Of a stretch of 49,737 bases of DNA, positions 16,095 through 26,016 are shown in pieces. How positions within the stretch are numbered: the stretch's first letter is position 1; each line of letters starts with the position of its first letter. The position numbers and the translations under genes were made by a program. Below the pieces are notes generated by a model, which worked only from the letters and a program-made list of their open reading frames with translations, ran no database searches and was not told the origin of the DNA. Location of the stretch: the IMG/VR virus record IMGVR_UViG_3300031453_000082, positions 1 through 49,737 of that record. One strand, 5' to 3'. The DNA comes from a virus (lineage: Duplodnaviria; Caudoviricetes).

Positions 16095-16328
16095 ATGAAA
16101 ACAGGCGAATTGATGTCCAACGGATACCGAGTACAGTCACAGCGCACAAAGGCGAAGCTCGAAGAAAACCTAGACTTAGTCCTCGATTGCATGTGTCGGA
16201 CGCTCCAACTGCCTGCTGATAATCCCAGGATTCAGATCATTCAGCTGCAGGTATACAACGCCCTAATGTGGACAGCAGACGATGTGCTGTCACAGGCTGT
16301 CAAGGATGGTTACGTGGCGACGAGGTGA
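16095..16328 (+). CDS. Hypothetical protein
   Basis: GGGAG RBS before ATG 16095. Confidence 0.5.
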   Translation: MKTGELMSNGYRVQSQRTKAKLEENLDLVLDCMCRTLQLPADNPRIQIIQLQVYNALMWTADDVLSQAVKDGYVATR

Positions 16329-16379
16329 TATGACAAATGATCAAGTTATTGCAGCAGCAGATGCGCGGTGGGATCGGTG

Positions 16380-16610
16380 ATGGCAGCAGCCTACCTGTTC
16401 GCGCCATACGTCAACGTGCCGCTGTCCTGCGCTAAGCGTCAGTATGAATCGAGACGCAAGGCGCTGCGTGCCATGAGGATGCATCGAACCCCATCAGGTC
16501 TCACCCAGGTGGGAGCAGGAGTAATGAATGCCTACCAGTGCCAGTACTGCACACTGTGGCATATCGGACACATCAGACGGACCAAAGCCACCCAAATCGA
16601 GGCAGCATAG
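16380..16610 (+). CDS. Small Zn-ribbon phage protein
   Basis: C.KRQY...AYQCQYCTLWHIGH. Confidence 0.6.
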   Translation: MAAAYLFAPYVNVPLSCAKRQYESRRKALRAMRMHRTPSGLTQVGAGVMNAYQCQYCTLWHIGHIRRTKATQIEAA

Positions 16611-16819
16611 TGAGCGAGATAGAGATGCGCGACATCCCCGGGCATGATCGATGGTGGCCTGTCTTTGGCACCCAAGCGGGCATGAATTCGAGGGCTATAA
16701 GCGAAGCATAAGCGAAGAAAACAAACACATCTAAAACTAATGGAATCAATGACATGCAAATGCACTGTAACGATGATAGGCACATACTCAGTACAAAATA
16801 GGCTATCTCGTTGAAAGCA

Positions 16820-16866
16820 GGGTCCTTCTGGGCATTTTGAGTTCACGGGTAATTCGAACCCCGACG
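16820..16866 (+). promoter_or_regulatory. Putative lambda-type cos site: cosQ GGGTCCT (16820-16826) and a symmetric cosN-like segment CGGG-TAATTCGAAC-CCCG (16846-16863)
   Basis: Identical to the lambda cosQ heptamer, similar spacing to a dyad-flanked segment, and directly upstream of small terminase. Confidence 0.65.
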
Positions 16867-16911
16867 AGTGGCCAGTCACGGTTTCAAAAATGAACGTTTT
16901 ACTTTACTGAT

Positions 16912-17442
16912 ATGAAGACGGTCGGGATCGACGGAATACGGGGTTTGTTGGCTGGGGAAGGGCATGAGCCGCTATCGAAGATGGCGATCTCGCAGTTCTG
17001 CGCGGATGGGATGCCGAAAGCGGCGCGAGGTATGTACGATCCGATGGTTTGCATGACCTGGTACATCGGCAGGCTGCGGACGGCGAATCAGCAGCGATCG
17101 GTGGAGACGGAAGATGGCAAGGTCGTACGTCTGGACGAGGCTCAGAGGCGGCTGACCCTGGCCAAAGCCGAGAACGAGGAGATGACGGCGAAGGAGAGAC
17201 GCGGGGAACTGCTGCCGCTCTCGCTCCACATCGCGGAGATGGCCAAGCTGGTGACGGTGACCAAGCAAAAGTTCCTCAACCTGCCGGCCCGCATCGCTCC
17301 GAAGCTGGAAGGGCTATCGAGAAACGAGACGAAGGCGCTGCTGACGGCGTCGGTGAAGTCGGCACTCTCCGACCTTGCGAGGCCGGAAGAGAATGCAGCA
17401 GATCGACCTGATACCCCAACCCGACGCCGCGCCCGCGCCTGA
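16912..17442 (+). CDS. Terminase small subunit (Nu1-like)
   Basis: N-terminal wHTH (GMPK...YD....WY), coiled coil, RGELLP, NLPARIAP. Confidence 0.85.
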   Translation: MKTVGIDGIRGLLAGEGHEPLSKMAISQFCADGMPKAARGMYDPMVCMTWYIGRLRTANQQRSVETEDGKVVRLDEAQRRLTLAKAENEEMTAKERRGELLPLSLHIAEMAKLVTVTKQKFLNLPARIAPKLEGLSRNETKALLTASVKSALSDLARPEENAADRPDTPTRRRARA

Positions 17443-19354
17443 GCTTCTGGCGAGTCTCGCGCTTGCGAACAAGGGCATCTACAAGCTCTTCGAGCCGCCC
17501 GCTGACATGCTTGTGTCGGAATGGGCGGAGAAGTACCGCATCCTCCCGAAGGGCACTACTGCGCGGCCCGGATTGTATGTAGCTGAGGCGTTTCAGCGGC
17601 CGATCATGGATGCTCTTTGCGATCCGGTCGTGCGCCGGGTGGTTTGCATGAAGTCGACCCAGGTGGGCTGGACAGAACTGCTGCTAAACATCTGCGGATA
17701 CTTCATCGACGTAGATCCAAAGCCGATGATGCTGGTCTTTGTCCGGGACTCGGACGCGAAAGACAAGTCAAAGAAGACGATCGCACCCATGATTGCGGAA
17801 TGCCCGGCGCTGAGGGACAAGGTTCGCGAGAATCGCTCGCGCGAGGGCGGAAACACACAGCAGCTAAAGCAGTTCCCGGGCGGCTTTCTGAAGGTAGCGG
17901 GCGCTAATTCGGCGGCTAACCTCCGATCCGACCCATGCGCCGTGATCCTGCTAGACGAAGCGGATGGCTATCCTGCCGACGTTGACGGGGAAGGTGACCC
18001 GGTTGCGCTCGCGGAACGACGCGCGGACACGTTCGATGATTCAAAGATCCTGCTGGGGTCTACACCAGCCAAGCCAAAGGGTGCAAGCCGAATCGAGGCC
18101 GAGTACCTTGCCGGCAATCAGACGATGTTCCACCTCCCCTGCCCACACTGCAGGGAACTCCAACCGCTGCTGTGGCGCGATCCAGAGACAAAGGAATACA
18201 ACCTCGTCTGGTTTGAGGATGAGGCTGGCAAGCCGATCCCCGAGACGGTGGCCTATCGGTGCAAGTTCTGCCGGCAGGACATTGAAGAGCGGTACAAACA
18301 GCAGATGTTGGACGCGATGGTGCCCGTGGCGGCCTTTCCGGAGCGCCGGGAGACCGTGTCCTTCTACATCAACGCGCTTTACTCGCCATGGAAGCCGATC
18401 TGGGGCTCGCTGGCGAAGGAATGGGTCGAGGCGCAGGGAATCCCGGAGAAACTGAGGGCATTCATCAACCTCCGCCTGGGCGAGACGTGGGATGAGGGCG
18501 CCGACGCGGTCGACGCGCACATGCTGGCGGCGCGGCGGGAGAAGTATTCAGAGAAGCCTGACGTTGAAGTCCCGCATGGGTGCGTCCTGCTCGTGACGAC
18601 GGTAGACGTCCAGGGACACCGGCTCGAGGCTCAGGTTACGGGCTTCGGGCTGCAGGATGAGCAGTGGCTGATCGCTCACGAGATTTTTGACGGTTCGCCG
18701 CTCGAGATGCCGAACGCTCGAGGGAATGAAGACCTCTACAGCGTGTGGTCGCAGCTCGACGACTTCCTGTTGAGGACCTGGAAACACGAGGATGGCGCGG
18801 TTCTGAAGTCTTCTCTGACCCTGATCGACACCGGATACGCCGCCGACGCCTGCTACAACTTCATCCTGCCCCGCCAAACAGCCTCGAGGCGTGTCTTTGC
18901 TTGCAAGGGCCAGAACCACATCACTAAATTGGGCCTTGCGTCGGAGACGCGGGTGAAGAATAACAACATCCGGCTGTTCAACGTGGCGACCATCGCCTGC
19001 AAAGACCGCATTATGGATCGATTGCGCGTGAATAAGCCGGGCCCGGCCTACTGTCACTTCCCTGATTGGACCTCTGACTCGTATTTCGACCAGTTGACGG
19101 CGGAATCGAAGCGGCCAATGCGAAACAAGCGGACCGGGCGCGTCACTTACGAGTGGGTTGCGAACCAGACGCGCAACGAGGCCTTGGATCTCACGGTCTA
19201 CGCACATGCGGGGCTGTGGGTGCTGCAGAAGATCCTCGACCCGGAGACATACGGCGATCTAACCAAACTGGCGGAGGCGGTGTGGGCTGGTACGAGTCCG
19301 TCATCACTGAGGCCGGTGATCGGGCGGCGGGTTATTTCGAAAGGGATTGATTAG
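17393..19354 (+). CDS. Terminase large subunit (lambda gpA family)
   Basis: VSEWAEKYR, Walker A KSTQVGWT, Walker B LLDEAD, GSTP, CPHC/CKFC, VDVQ, NEALDL.VYA. Confidence 0.95.
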   Translation: MQQIDLIPQPDAAPAPELLASLALANKGIYKLFEPPADMLVSEWAEKYRILPKGTTARPGLYVAEAFQRPIMDALCDPVVRRVVCMKSTQVGWTELLLNICGYFIDVDPKPMMLVFVRDSDAKDKSKKTIAPMIAECPALRDKVRENRSREGGNTQQLKQFPGGFLKVAGANSAANLRSDPCAVILLDEADGYPADVDGEGDPVALAERRADTFDDSKILLGSTPAKPKGASRIEAEYLAGNQTMFHLPCPHCRELQPLLWRDPETKEYNLVWFEDEAGKPIPETVAYRCKFCRQDIEERYKQQMLDAMVPVAAFPERRETVSFYINALYSPWKPIWGSLAKEWVEAQGIPEKLRAFINLRLGETWDEGADAVDAHMLAARREKYSEKPDVEVPHGCVLLVTTVDVQGHRLEAQVTGFGLQDEQWLIAHEIFDGSPLEMPNARGNEDLYSVWSQLDDFLLRTWKHEDGAVLKSSLTLIDTGYAADACYNFILPRQTASRRVFACKGQNHITKLGLASETRVKNNNIRLFNVATIACKDRIMDRLRVNKPGPAYCHFPDWTSDSYFDQLTAESKRPMRNKRTGRVTYEWVANQTRNEALDLTVYAHAGLWVLQKILDPETYGDLTKLAEAVWAGTSPSSLRPVIGRRVISKGID

Positions 19355-19355
19355 C

Positions 19356-19402
19356 GTCTTCCAAGAAAAGACCTTATATCGTGCGCTCGGTTTTGCCATT
19401 GT
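19356..19402 (+). promoter_or_regulatory. Copy 1 of a 44-bp repeated promoter-like element upstream of the head operon
   Basis: 42/44 identical to 34266-34309; GTCTT-N7-AAGAC dyad; TGC-CATTGT extended -10-like. Confidence 0.7.
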
Positions 19403-19411
19403 TAGTACAAC

Positions 19412-19642
19412 ATGGCCGGAATCACCTTGCAGCAAGCGGAAGATGCTCTCAGTGCGGCAGTTGCCGCGCTTGCGTCTGCTGGTTCCATGCAGAGCTATTC
19501 TGTCTCTTCCACGTCCGGTGGCCGCACTGTCCAGCGTGCGGCCCATGCCGACCTGCTGAAGACGGTCCAATACTGGGAGCAAAAAGTAGCTCAGCTTAGC
19601 AGGGGCCGTGGCCTGAAAACCTGGTCGGCGGTGCCCCTGTGA
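19412..19642 (+). CDS. Head-tail joining protein (gpW-like)
   Basis: Position between terminase and portal; QSYSV...GRTVQRA...L...W. Confidence 0.75.
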   Translation: MAGITLQQAEDALSAAVAALASAGSMQSYSVSSTSGGRTVQRAAHADLLKTVQYWEQKVAQLSRGRGLKTWSAVPL

Positions 19643-21327
19643 CCGAGCCGAACATCTTGGATAGGGCGATTGCCTTTGTATCTCCCGAAGCTGGCTTGCG
19701 GAGGATGCGGAGCCGAGTTCGAACTGACGCGGCGACGGCAATGTACGGCTCCTATACCGGGGGCCGGTACGACCGCCGCCAAACGCAGAACTGGTACGCG
19801 ACACAGGGCTCCGCCGACGCGGACACGCTGATCGACATCCCTACACTGCGTGCTCGCTCGCGCGACCTGATCCGCAACGCTCCGATTGCAGCGGGCGCGA
19901 TCCACACGGTTGTAGCCAATGCCGTCGGAACCGGTCTCGCGCTTCAGCCGACGCCGGACATTACCGTGCTTGGCTGGACGGAGGACCAATCGATCACTTG
20001 GTCTTCGATGGTTGGGCATGAATTCAATCTGTGGGCAGAGTCGATCAACTGTGACGTTACCCGGACGCAGAATTTTTACCAGATGCAGTCTCTGGTCATG
20101 CGGGCCGCGCTCGAAAGCGGTGATTGCTTTGCGTTGCTGCCCATGAAGCAACTGCCTGGATCGATCTACAAAACTCGCATTCAGATCGTCGAGGCTGACC
20201 GAATCCACACTCCTAACGGTGCGGACGGGATGCTGGCCGTTGTTCCCCTCACAAACACCGAAGGCACCGTGACCCGAACCCCGAATGGCAACAAGATTTT
20301 TGGTGGCGTGGAAGTGGATGCCTACGGCGCTCCTGTCGCTTACTGCATCCTCAAGCAACACCCTGGAGCCATAGGTTTCGGCCTCTCGAACTTGTTTGAG
20401 TACGATCGTGTCCCTGCCTTCGGAGTACAGACAGGGCGGCGGAACGTGATTCACGTCTTCGACCGCATCAGGCCGGACCAGAATCGCGGCGTTCCGTATC
20501 TAGCGCCAGTCATGGAAGCGATCAAGCAGCTCGACCGTTACGCCGAAGCCGAGCTAATGGCTGCCGTCATCACAGCGGCGTTCACGATCTTTATCAAGAC
20601 AGACACGGGCACGCAGGGGTTTGGCCAGGAACTCGGCACGCCGCAGCCGATCCAGCAAGACGAGATCACCCTTGGAAACGGAAAAGTGGTAGGCCTTGCG
20701 CCGGGGGAAGATGTCGCATTCCCGAATGCGATGCGACCGAATGCTGGCTTCGACCCTTTCGTAACCAGCATCCTCCGTCAAGTCGGAGTTGCCCTGCAGC
20801 TCCCCTTCGAAATTCTCATAAAGCACTTCACTTCGTCTTACTCCGCCGCGCGGGCGGCGCTGCTAGAGGCGTGGAAGTTCTATCGCAACCGTCGCGCCTT
20901 TCTCGCCACTAGTTTTTGTCAGCCCGTCTTCGAGGCCTGGATGGATGAAGCGGTGTCGTCCGGTCGCATCGCAGCCGCAGGCTACTTCTCTGACCCAATG
21001 CTTCGCCGTGCCTATCTGTCCTGCGATTGGGTTGGGGACGCGCCTGGGCAGATCGACCCCATGAAGGAAGTAGCCGCTGCTCAGGAGCGTGTAAATCTAG
21101 GCGTGTCGAATCGCAAGATCGAGACTATGGAGCTAACGGGCCGCAACTGGTCTGATGTCCATCGTCAGCTCACCCGAGAGCATGAAGACCGCGTTGCAGC
21201 TGGGCTAGAGCCGGCGGTCACCAATGCCGTGGCAAGCGAGATGGTTACCGCTCCCGGCGTTCCTCCCTCACCGCCTCCCGCACCCAATACCCCGGCACCT
21301 CCCGGCAAGAAGGGGGGCAAGCCATGA
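19639..21327 (+). CDS. Portal protein (lambda family)
   Basis: LRARSRDLIRN, VGTG, R..Q.RGVP.LAPV, SYSAARAALLE, IDPMKE. Confidence 0.95.
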   Translation: MTEPNILDRAIAFVSPEAGLRRMRSRVRTDAATAMYGSYTGGRYDRRQTQNWYATQGSADADTLIDIPTLRARSRDLIRNAPIAAGAIHTVVANAVGTGLALQPTPDITVLGWTEDQSITWSSMVGHEFNLWAESINCDVTRTQNFYQMQSLVMRAALESGDCFALLPMKQLPGSIYKTRIQIVEADRIHTPNGADGMLAVVPLTNTEGTVTRTPNGNKIFGGVEVDAYGAPVAYCILKQHPGAIGFGLSNLFEYDRVPAFGVQTGRRNVIHVFDRIRPDQNRGVPYLAPVMEAIKQLDRYAEAELMAAVITAAFTIFIKTDTGTQGFGQELGTPQPIQQDEITLGNGKVVGLAPGEDVAFPNAMRPNAGFDPFVTSILRQVGVALQLPFEILIKHFTSSYSAARAALLEAWKFYRNRRAFLATSFCQPVFEAWMDEAVSSGRIAAAGYFSDPMLRRAYLSCDWVGDAPGQIDPMKEVAAAQERVNLGVSNRKIETMELTGRNWSDVHRQLTREHEDRVAAGLEPAVTNAVASEMVTAPGVPPSPPPAPNTPAPPGKKGGKP

Positions 21328-22727
21328 ATATAGCGTCGATCCTCCGCCAGCCCTGGGCCATCACGCCCCAGATGTTCGAGGTGCTGACGGCGATCTCCGC
21401 CCGGCACACTGCAGGGGAAAAACTCAGCGAAGAACAGCTTCGCGCAGCCGTAGGGTCCGATCCGCGTGGTTCTGTGCAGGCCGGATACACGGTAGAAAAC
21501 GGAGTAGCCGTAATTCCCGTTCAGGGAGTTCTTGCAAAGAAGGCCAACCTATTTACGGCGATCTCCGGGGCCATGAGTACGGAGATGTTGGTCGAGACGG
21601 TAAACGAGGCTCTAGCGGATGACACCGTAAACGCGCTCCTGCTAGAAATTGATTCCCCCGGCGGTCAAGTTGATGGGACACAGCAGATCGGCGATGCAGT
21701 TGCGGCCTCGACCAAACCTACTGCGGCGTGGATCGATGGGCAGGGCTGCTCTGCGGCTTATTGGATCGCAGCGCAGTGCGATGCGATCTATGCGGCGAGC
21801 GACACGGCGACGATTGGGTCGATCGGCGTGGTGGTTGAGCATACCGATCAGAGTAAGGCCAATGAAGCCGATGGAGTGAAGGTCACTCACATCACCTCCG
21901 GCAAATACAAGCGGCTGGCCAATGCTGACGAGCCGCTTTCGCAGGAGGCGCGCGACTATTTGCAGGAAAAGGTTGACTACCTCCAGACCCTCTTTGTCGA
22001 CGCGGTAGCTGTAGGGCGAGGGGTCACGGCGGATTCCCTACTTGCGGACGTGGCTGACGGGCGCACATTCTACGCGCAGCAGGCGCTAGACGCCGGGCTT
22101 ATCGACGGAATTTTGAGCAAGGATCAGGTAATTCAACAGCTTGCCTACGATTTTCAAACTCAGCAGCAGCAACCGGGCGAATCAGCCCTTGGAGGAAACA
22201 TGAAGACGTACACAGAGGCACAGTTTAGCGAGGCGGTTGCTGCTGCGGAAGAGCGTGGCAAGGTAGCAGTGGCGGGAGTGGAGTTCGAGCGCGGCAAAAC
22301 CGAAGGGGCGAAGGCTGCGGCTGAGGCGGCAAGGGCTGAAGGTCAGCTCGCCGGCGCTGCTGCCGAGCGCGAACGTATTGAGGGTATCGAGTCGACACCC
22401 CTGGCGACTTCTTATCCCGAAGTCGTGAAGGCGCTCAAGGCGGATGGGAAGTCAGGGAAAGCGGAAGCCGCCCTTGCGATCCTTGGCGCGGAAGCGAAGT
22501 CGCGCGGAGATAAGTCTAGCGCCCTCGTCGCTGACGCGACGGCAATCCCCGATGTAGCCGTCTCCGCTGCGGGCGCAAGCGAGGCGCACGACAAAACCCT
22601 TACCGGAAAGAAGCCGGAGATGACTGCAACCGAAGTGGCCGGGAAGATTCGGGCGCTGATGGCAGACGCGAAAGCCAAGGGCCAAGAAATGACCGCCGTT
22701 CAAGCCGCCTCGCTGGTCAGTAAGTAA
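21324..22727 (+). CDS. S49-family prohead protease (gpC-like) fused to scaffold domain
   Basis: IDSPGG, CSAAYWIA, GSIGVV, SGKYK. Confidence 0.93.
   Translation: MNIASILRQPWAITPQMFEVLTAISARHTAGEKLSEEQLRAAVGSDPRGSVQAGYTVENGVAVIPVQGVLAKKANLFTAISGAMSTEMLVETVNEALADDTVNALLLEIDSPGGQVDGTQQIGDAVAASTKPTAAWIDGQGCSAAYWIAAQCDAIYAASDTATIGSIGVVVEHTDQSKANEADGVKVTHITSGKYKRLANADEPLSQEARDYLQEKVDYLQTLFVDAVAVGRGVTADSLLADVADGRTFYAQQALDAGLIDGILSKDQVIQQLAYDFQTQQQQPGESALGGNMKTYTEAQFSEAVAAAEERGKVAVAGVEFERGKTEGAKAAAEAARAEGQLAGAAAERERIEGIESTPLATSYPEVVKALKADGKSGKAEAALAILGAEAKSRGDKSSALVADATAIPDVAVSAAGASEAHDKTLTGKKPEMTATEVAGKIRALMADAKAKGQEMTAVQAASLVSK
22200..22727 (+). CDS. Nested in-frame scaffolding protein (Nu3-like)
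   Basis: GGAGG RBS before in-frame ATG 22200; Ala/Glu-rich coiled coil; same arrangement as lambda C/Nu3. Confidence 0.7.
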   Translation: MKTYTEAQFSEAVAAAEERGKVAVAGVEFERGKTEGAKAAAEAARAEGQLAGAAAERERIEGIESTPLATSYPEVVKALKADGKSGKAEAALAILGAEAKSRGDKSSALVADATAIPDVAVSAAGASEAHDKTLTGKKPEMTATEVAGKIRALMADAKAKGQEMTAVQAASLVSK

Positions 22728-22760
22728 CGCTTAAGAACCTAGAAAGAGAGGTAACGCACC

Positions 22761-23132
22761 ATGGCAATCAATCATCCCGGAGATCGCGTTCCGTTTACGA
22801 GCGAGACTCCAGTCCCGGCTTACAAGATCGTGAAACTGGGCACCGGTCCCGGTGGTTGCGCTCTCGCCACCGCACCAACCGATCGGCTTATCGGCATCTC
22901 CTACACGCTCAACATCATTGAGCCTGGCGTGGTTATGGACGTGGTCCAGGAAGGCCCGACGCTCGTCACGGCAGGCGCAACCATCGCCTACGGCGACCTG
23001 ATTACGACCGATGCCAGTGGCAATGCGATTACGGCAGCAGTCGGCAACAACGTAATCGCAGTCTCGATGGACAACGCAGTGGCAGGCGACATCTTTGTGG
23101 TCGACATGTACTCGCGGCCAGCCAAGGCCTAA
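22761..23132 (+). CDS. Capsid decoration/cement protein (DUF2190-like)
   Basis: Between protease and capsid; AGATIAYGDLITTDASGNAI...AVAGDI. Confidence 0.7.
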   Translation: MAINHPGDRVPFTSETPVPAYKIVKLGTGPGGCALATAPTDRLIGISYTLNIIEPGVVMDVVQEGPTLVTAGATIAYGDLITTDASGNAITAAVGNNVIAVSMDNAVAGDIFVVDMYSRPAKA

Positions 23133-23182
23133 CCAACCAACCGGCAAAGGTGCGCCTTAGCCAGAAAGAGGAGTAAAGCATT

Positions 23183-24142
23183 ATGGCAAACCAATTTCCG
23201 GTGCCGTTTTTTACCCCTAGTCCGGTCCTTAGTGGCCTGTCTATCATCTACCGCAACCCGGCTTACATCGCGGACCTCGTTGCGCCGCGCGTCGAAGTTG
23301 GTTTGCCGACTTTTGCGTACACGCTTTTCAACAAGGCTGACCTCTTCACCGTTCCCGACACTCGCGTATCGCGAACAGGGTTGGTCAATCAGGTTAGCTG
23401 GTCTTCGACCTTCACTACCGCTGCGGTCGAGGAGCACGCGCTTGAAGAGCTTGTCCCCCGCGTCGACCAGGTGGTTGCTGCGGCCTACGGCGTGAACATG
23501 CCCGACCCCAAGCTCATCGCCACCACTCAAGTTACGGAGCTCATGGATCTCGCGCATGAGGTACGCACAGCTAACCTGATCTTTGGCCCGAACAGCTACG
23601 GCCCCAATAAAACGACCCTGACGGGTGCTGCGCAGTGGTCGGACTACACAAATTCCAACCCGTTCGGGGCGATCTTCACCGCGATTCAGTTGATGACATT
23701 TTCGTCCATCGCGCCAAATACGCTGATCCTCGGCCAGTTGGTTTGGAACGTCCTGCGCCAGCATCCGAAGCTCATCCTGGCGCAGTACGGCTACGCGGAA
23801 GGCAGCAACACCATCACGCTCGATTGGCTCACGGCGCAGCTCGGCCTCGACCGCATCATCATTGGCAGCAGCAAACTGAACACCTCAAAAGTGGGGCAAA
23901 ACGTAGTCTGGCAGCCTGTGTGGGGCAAGAACGCCGCGCTAGTCTACCAAGCTCCGGGCAGCGTCGACACCCGCACGGCGACCTTTGCGATTACGGCGCA
24001 GTTCGGCACCCGCGTTGCGTCCGCGCACTTTGACATCGATCGCGGATGGAGAGGTTCTGACGTGGTGCGCGTCGGCGAAGCTCACAAGGAACTGATTCTC
24101 GCTCCCGATTACGGGTACCTCTTCCAAAACGTGATCGCGTAG
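23183..24142 (+). CDS. Major capsid protein
   Basis: Strong GAGGAG RBS, position and size; YRNPAYIAD..APRV.V, QWSDYTNSNP, GYLFQNV. Confidence 0.85.
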   Translation: MANQFPVPFFTPSPVLSGLSIIYRNPAYIADLVAPRVEVGLPTFAYTLFNKADLFTVPDTRVSRTGLVNQVSWSSTFTTAAVEEHALEELVPRVDQVVAAAYGVNMPDPKLIATTQVTELMDLAHEVRTANLIFGPNSYGPNKTTLTGAAQWSDYTNSNPFGAIFTAIQLMTFSSIAPNTLILGQLVWNVLRQHPKLILAQYGYAEGSNTITLDWLTAQLGLDRIIIGSSKLNTSKVGQNVVWQPVWGKNAALVYQAPGSVDTRTATFAITAQFGTRVASAHFDIDRGWRGSDVVRVGEAHKELILAPDYGYLFQNVIA

Positions 24143-24153
24143 ATCACACAACA

Positions 24154-24174
24154 GGGGCCGGATGCTACGGCCCC
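24154..24174 (+). other. GC hairpin after the capsid gene (GGGGCCG-N7-CGGCCCC), no U-tract
   Basis: Perfect 7-bp stem; may stabilise mRNA or attenuate transcription. Confidence 0.45.
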
Positions 24175-24186
24175 GAGGAAGCTCTC

Positions 24187-24351
24187 ATGGCGCACTACAA
24201 AGCAAGCGGAAGCATCCAGGGTCTCAGCAAGGAACTCAACGACGGCGATGTGGTCGAGATGAAGGACACCGACGCCGCCCCACTCGTCGCGCTAGGCGCA
24301 CTAACCCCGGAAGCTCCTCCGGCCAAAGTAAAGAAGGTTGAAGAGGCGTGA
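24187..24351 (+). CDS. Small head-associated protein (gpFI-like position), 54 aa
   Basis: Translated by hand: MAHYKASGSIQGLSKELNDGDVVEMKDTDAAPLVALGAL...; GAGG RBS. Confidence 0.6.
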   Translation: MAHYKASGSIQGLSKELNDGDVVEMKDTDAAPLVALGALTPEAPPAKVKKVEEA

Positions 24352-24644
24352 GCAAACTGGACGACATCCGGACCATGCTGGTGGACGCGGAAGATACCGT
24401 ATCCTTCGGCGGTGTCACGGCCGGGTGTTTTCTGGTGACGCACGATAACACCACGCCGCAGGATCGGCCCGGAGCCGCACGCCTCAATCGAGACACGTTT
24501 ATCCAGGTGGCCTATGCCGACTTCCCCACGGTTAAGCAGAACAGCGTAGTGACGCTGAACGGCACAACGCGCAAGGTCTTGCGAGTAGAGATGATCCAGG
24601 ATGGACTCATGCTGCAGCTGTGGATGGAAAAGCACATTGGCTGA
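24348..24644 (+). CDS. Head-tail adaptor (gpFII-like)
   Basis: Synteny and beta-rich ~100 aa. Confidence 0.6.
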   Translation: MSKLDDIRTMLVDAEDTVSFGGVTAGCFLVTHDNTTPQDRPGAARLNRDTFIQVAYADFPTVKQNSVVTLNGTTRKVLRVEMIQDGLMLQLWMEKHIG

Positions 24645-25107
24645 CTCCATTTCAAAGCGGATCATCCTCGCGGTCATCGGCCAATTAGGCGCGCCGGAAT
24701 CGCCGCCGGTGAACATCACACGATCGCGAACTATCGCGCTTTCCGATGAGTGCCTACCGGAAATTTCTGTCTATCGGGTCGAGGAAGACCCCACGTTCAT
24801 CGGAGACCCGCGCCGCCCAACCATGGCGCAGCGGCACATTGTCCTTGAGATTGCCATCACCGCCGAGGGTGACGATGATGCATGCGAGCCGTACCACCAG
24901 TGGGTGGTGCGACAAATGATGGCTCTCCCTTCGGTGGGCGGGTTCTACCTCGGCGGTCTCGCAAAGTCCGTGAGTGAGATCAAGACGGTGTGGAATCCCG
25001 ACGAGGGTTCGGACGGCAGTTCCATGACAACCTTCCTCCGGTATCGCGTGGAATACCTCACGCTGCCCGGCGACATCACTACCACGATTCAGAGACCAAC
25101 AAGATAA
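24637..25107 (+). CDS. Tail terminator/completion protein (gpU-like)
   Basis: Synteny; LP.ISVY...LGGLA..V.E...YRVEY. Confidence 0.6.
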   Translation: MADSISKRIILAVIGQLGAPESPPVNITRSRTIALSDECLPEISVYRVEEDPTFIGDPRRPTMAQRHIVLEIAITAEGDDDACEPYHQWVVRQMMALPSVGGFYLGGLAKSVSEIKTVWNPDEGSDGSSMTTFLRYRVEYLTLPGDITTTIQRPTR

Positions 25108-25119
25108 GGACGGTGTGCC

Positions 25120-25908
25120 ATGGCAAACGAGGCCAATCCAAATGAACTGTACCTGGGTCGGGGCAAGACCTACTTCGACCGCTTCGACCGCAATGGCAAC
25201 AAGACCGGCGCACGCTTCCTGGGGGAAGTCGGAAAGCTGGATCTGACGCCGAACGTCACGATCAAGGAGCACTACGAGCACACCCGCGCTGCAGCAAATA
25301 AAATCGCCAGCATCCCCGTACAGCAAAAGCACACCCTGTCGCTGGACATGAGCGAGGGGTTCAACCCGGACAACGCCGCGCTAACCCTTCTCGGCGATAC
25401 GATTCTGCTAGCTCCCTCGGCTCCCACCTTCGTCACCGACGAGATGCTGACTTCTTCGGCAACGCTCGGACGTGCCTACAAGACAAGCAGCCGCAACATC
25501 GCCAGCCTGGTGCTCAAAACTGGAGCAACCACGCTGGTTCTCGGGACGGATTACATCGTCGTGGATGCCTCGCTTGGATTCATTCAGACCTTGGCGGGCG
25601 GAACGCTAACGGTGGGTGAGCCGATCACCTGCAGCTATACGAGTGGGGCTTTCTCTATCAGCCAAGTGCGAGCGGGCACTACTGCCGACATTCGCGGCGA
25701 GCTGACCTTTATCGGTGATCCGGCATCCGGTCCGATCCTGCACGTCGAATTCTGGAAAGTCCAGATGACGCCTTCTGCGGCGGTTGCTCTGATTACGGAC
25801 GACTTTGCAAACTTCACACTTACCGGGGAGGTGCTGGCCGATGCCGTTAACCATCCTACCGCGCCACTGTACCTAATTTCCCGCTTGGGAATCGTTGCAG
25901 GCAGCTAA
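25120..25908 (+). CDS. Major tail tube protein
   Basis: LYLGRGK.YF...RFLGEV..L, LITDDFANFTLTGEVLAD; position before chaperone and tape measure. Confidence 0.8.
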   Translation: MANEANPNELYLGRGKTYFDRFDRNGNKTGARFLGEVGKLDLTPNVTIKEHYEHTRAAANKIASIPVQQKHTLSLDMSEGFNPDNAALTLLGDTILLAPSAPTFVTDEMLTSSATLGRAYKTSSRNIASLVLKTGATTLVLGTDYIVVDASLGFIQTLAGGTLTVGEPITCSYTSGAFSISQVRAGTTADIRGELTFIGDPASGPILHVEFWKVQMTPSAAVALITDDFANFTLTGEVLADAVNHPTAPLYLISRLGIVAGS

Positions 25909-26016
25909 ACCCAGGCCCCCACGAAGGTTTTGAGCGAAGGAGCCGGTGCAAATCGACATGAAAACAGGCAAGTTGGTCCGGAAGATCATAGCGGGAGACC
26001 GTGGGGTGGGCCGGTA

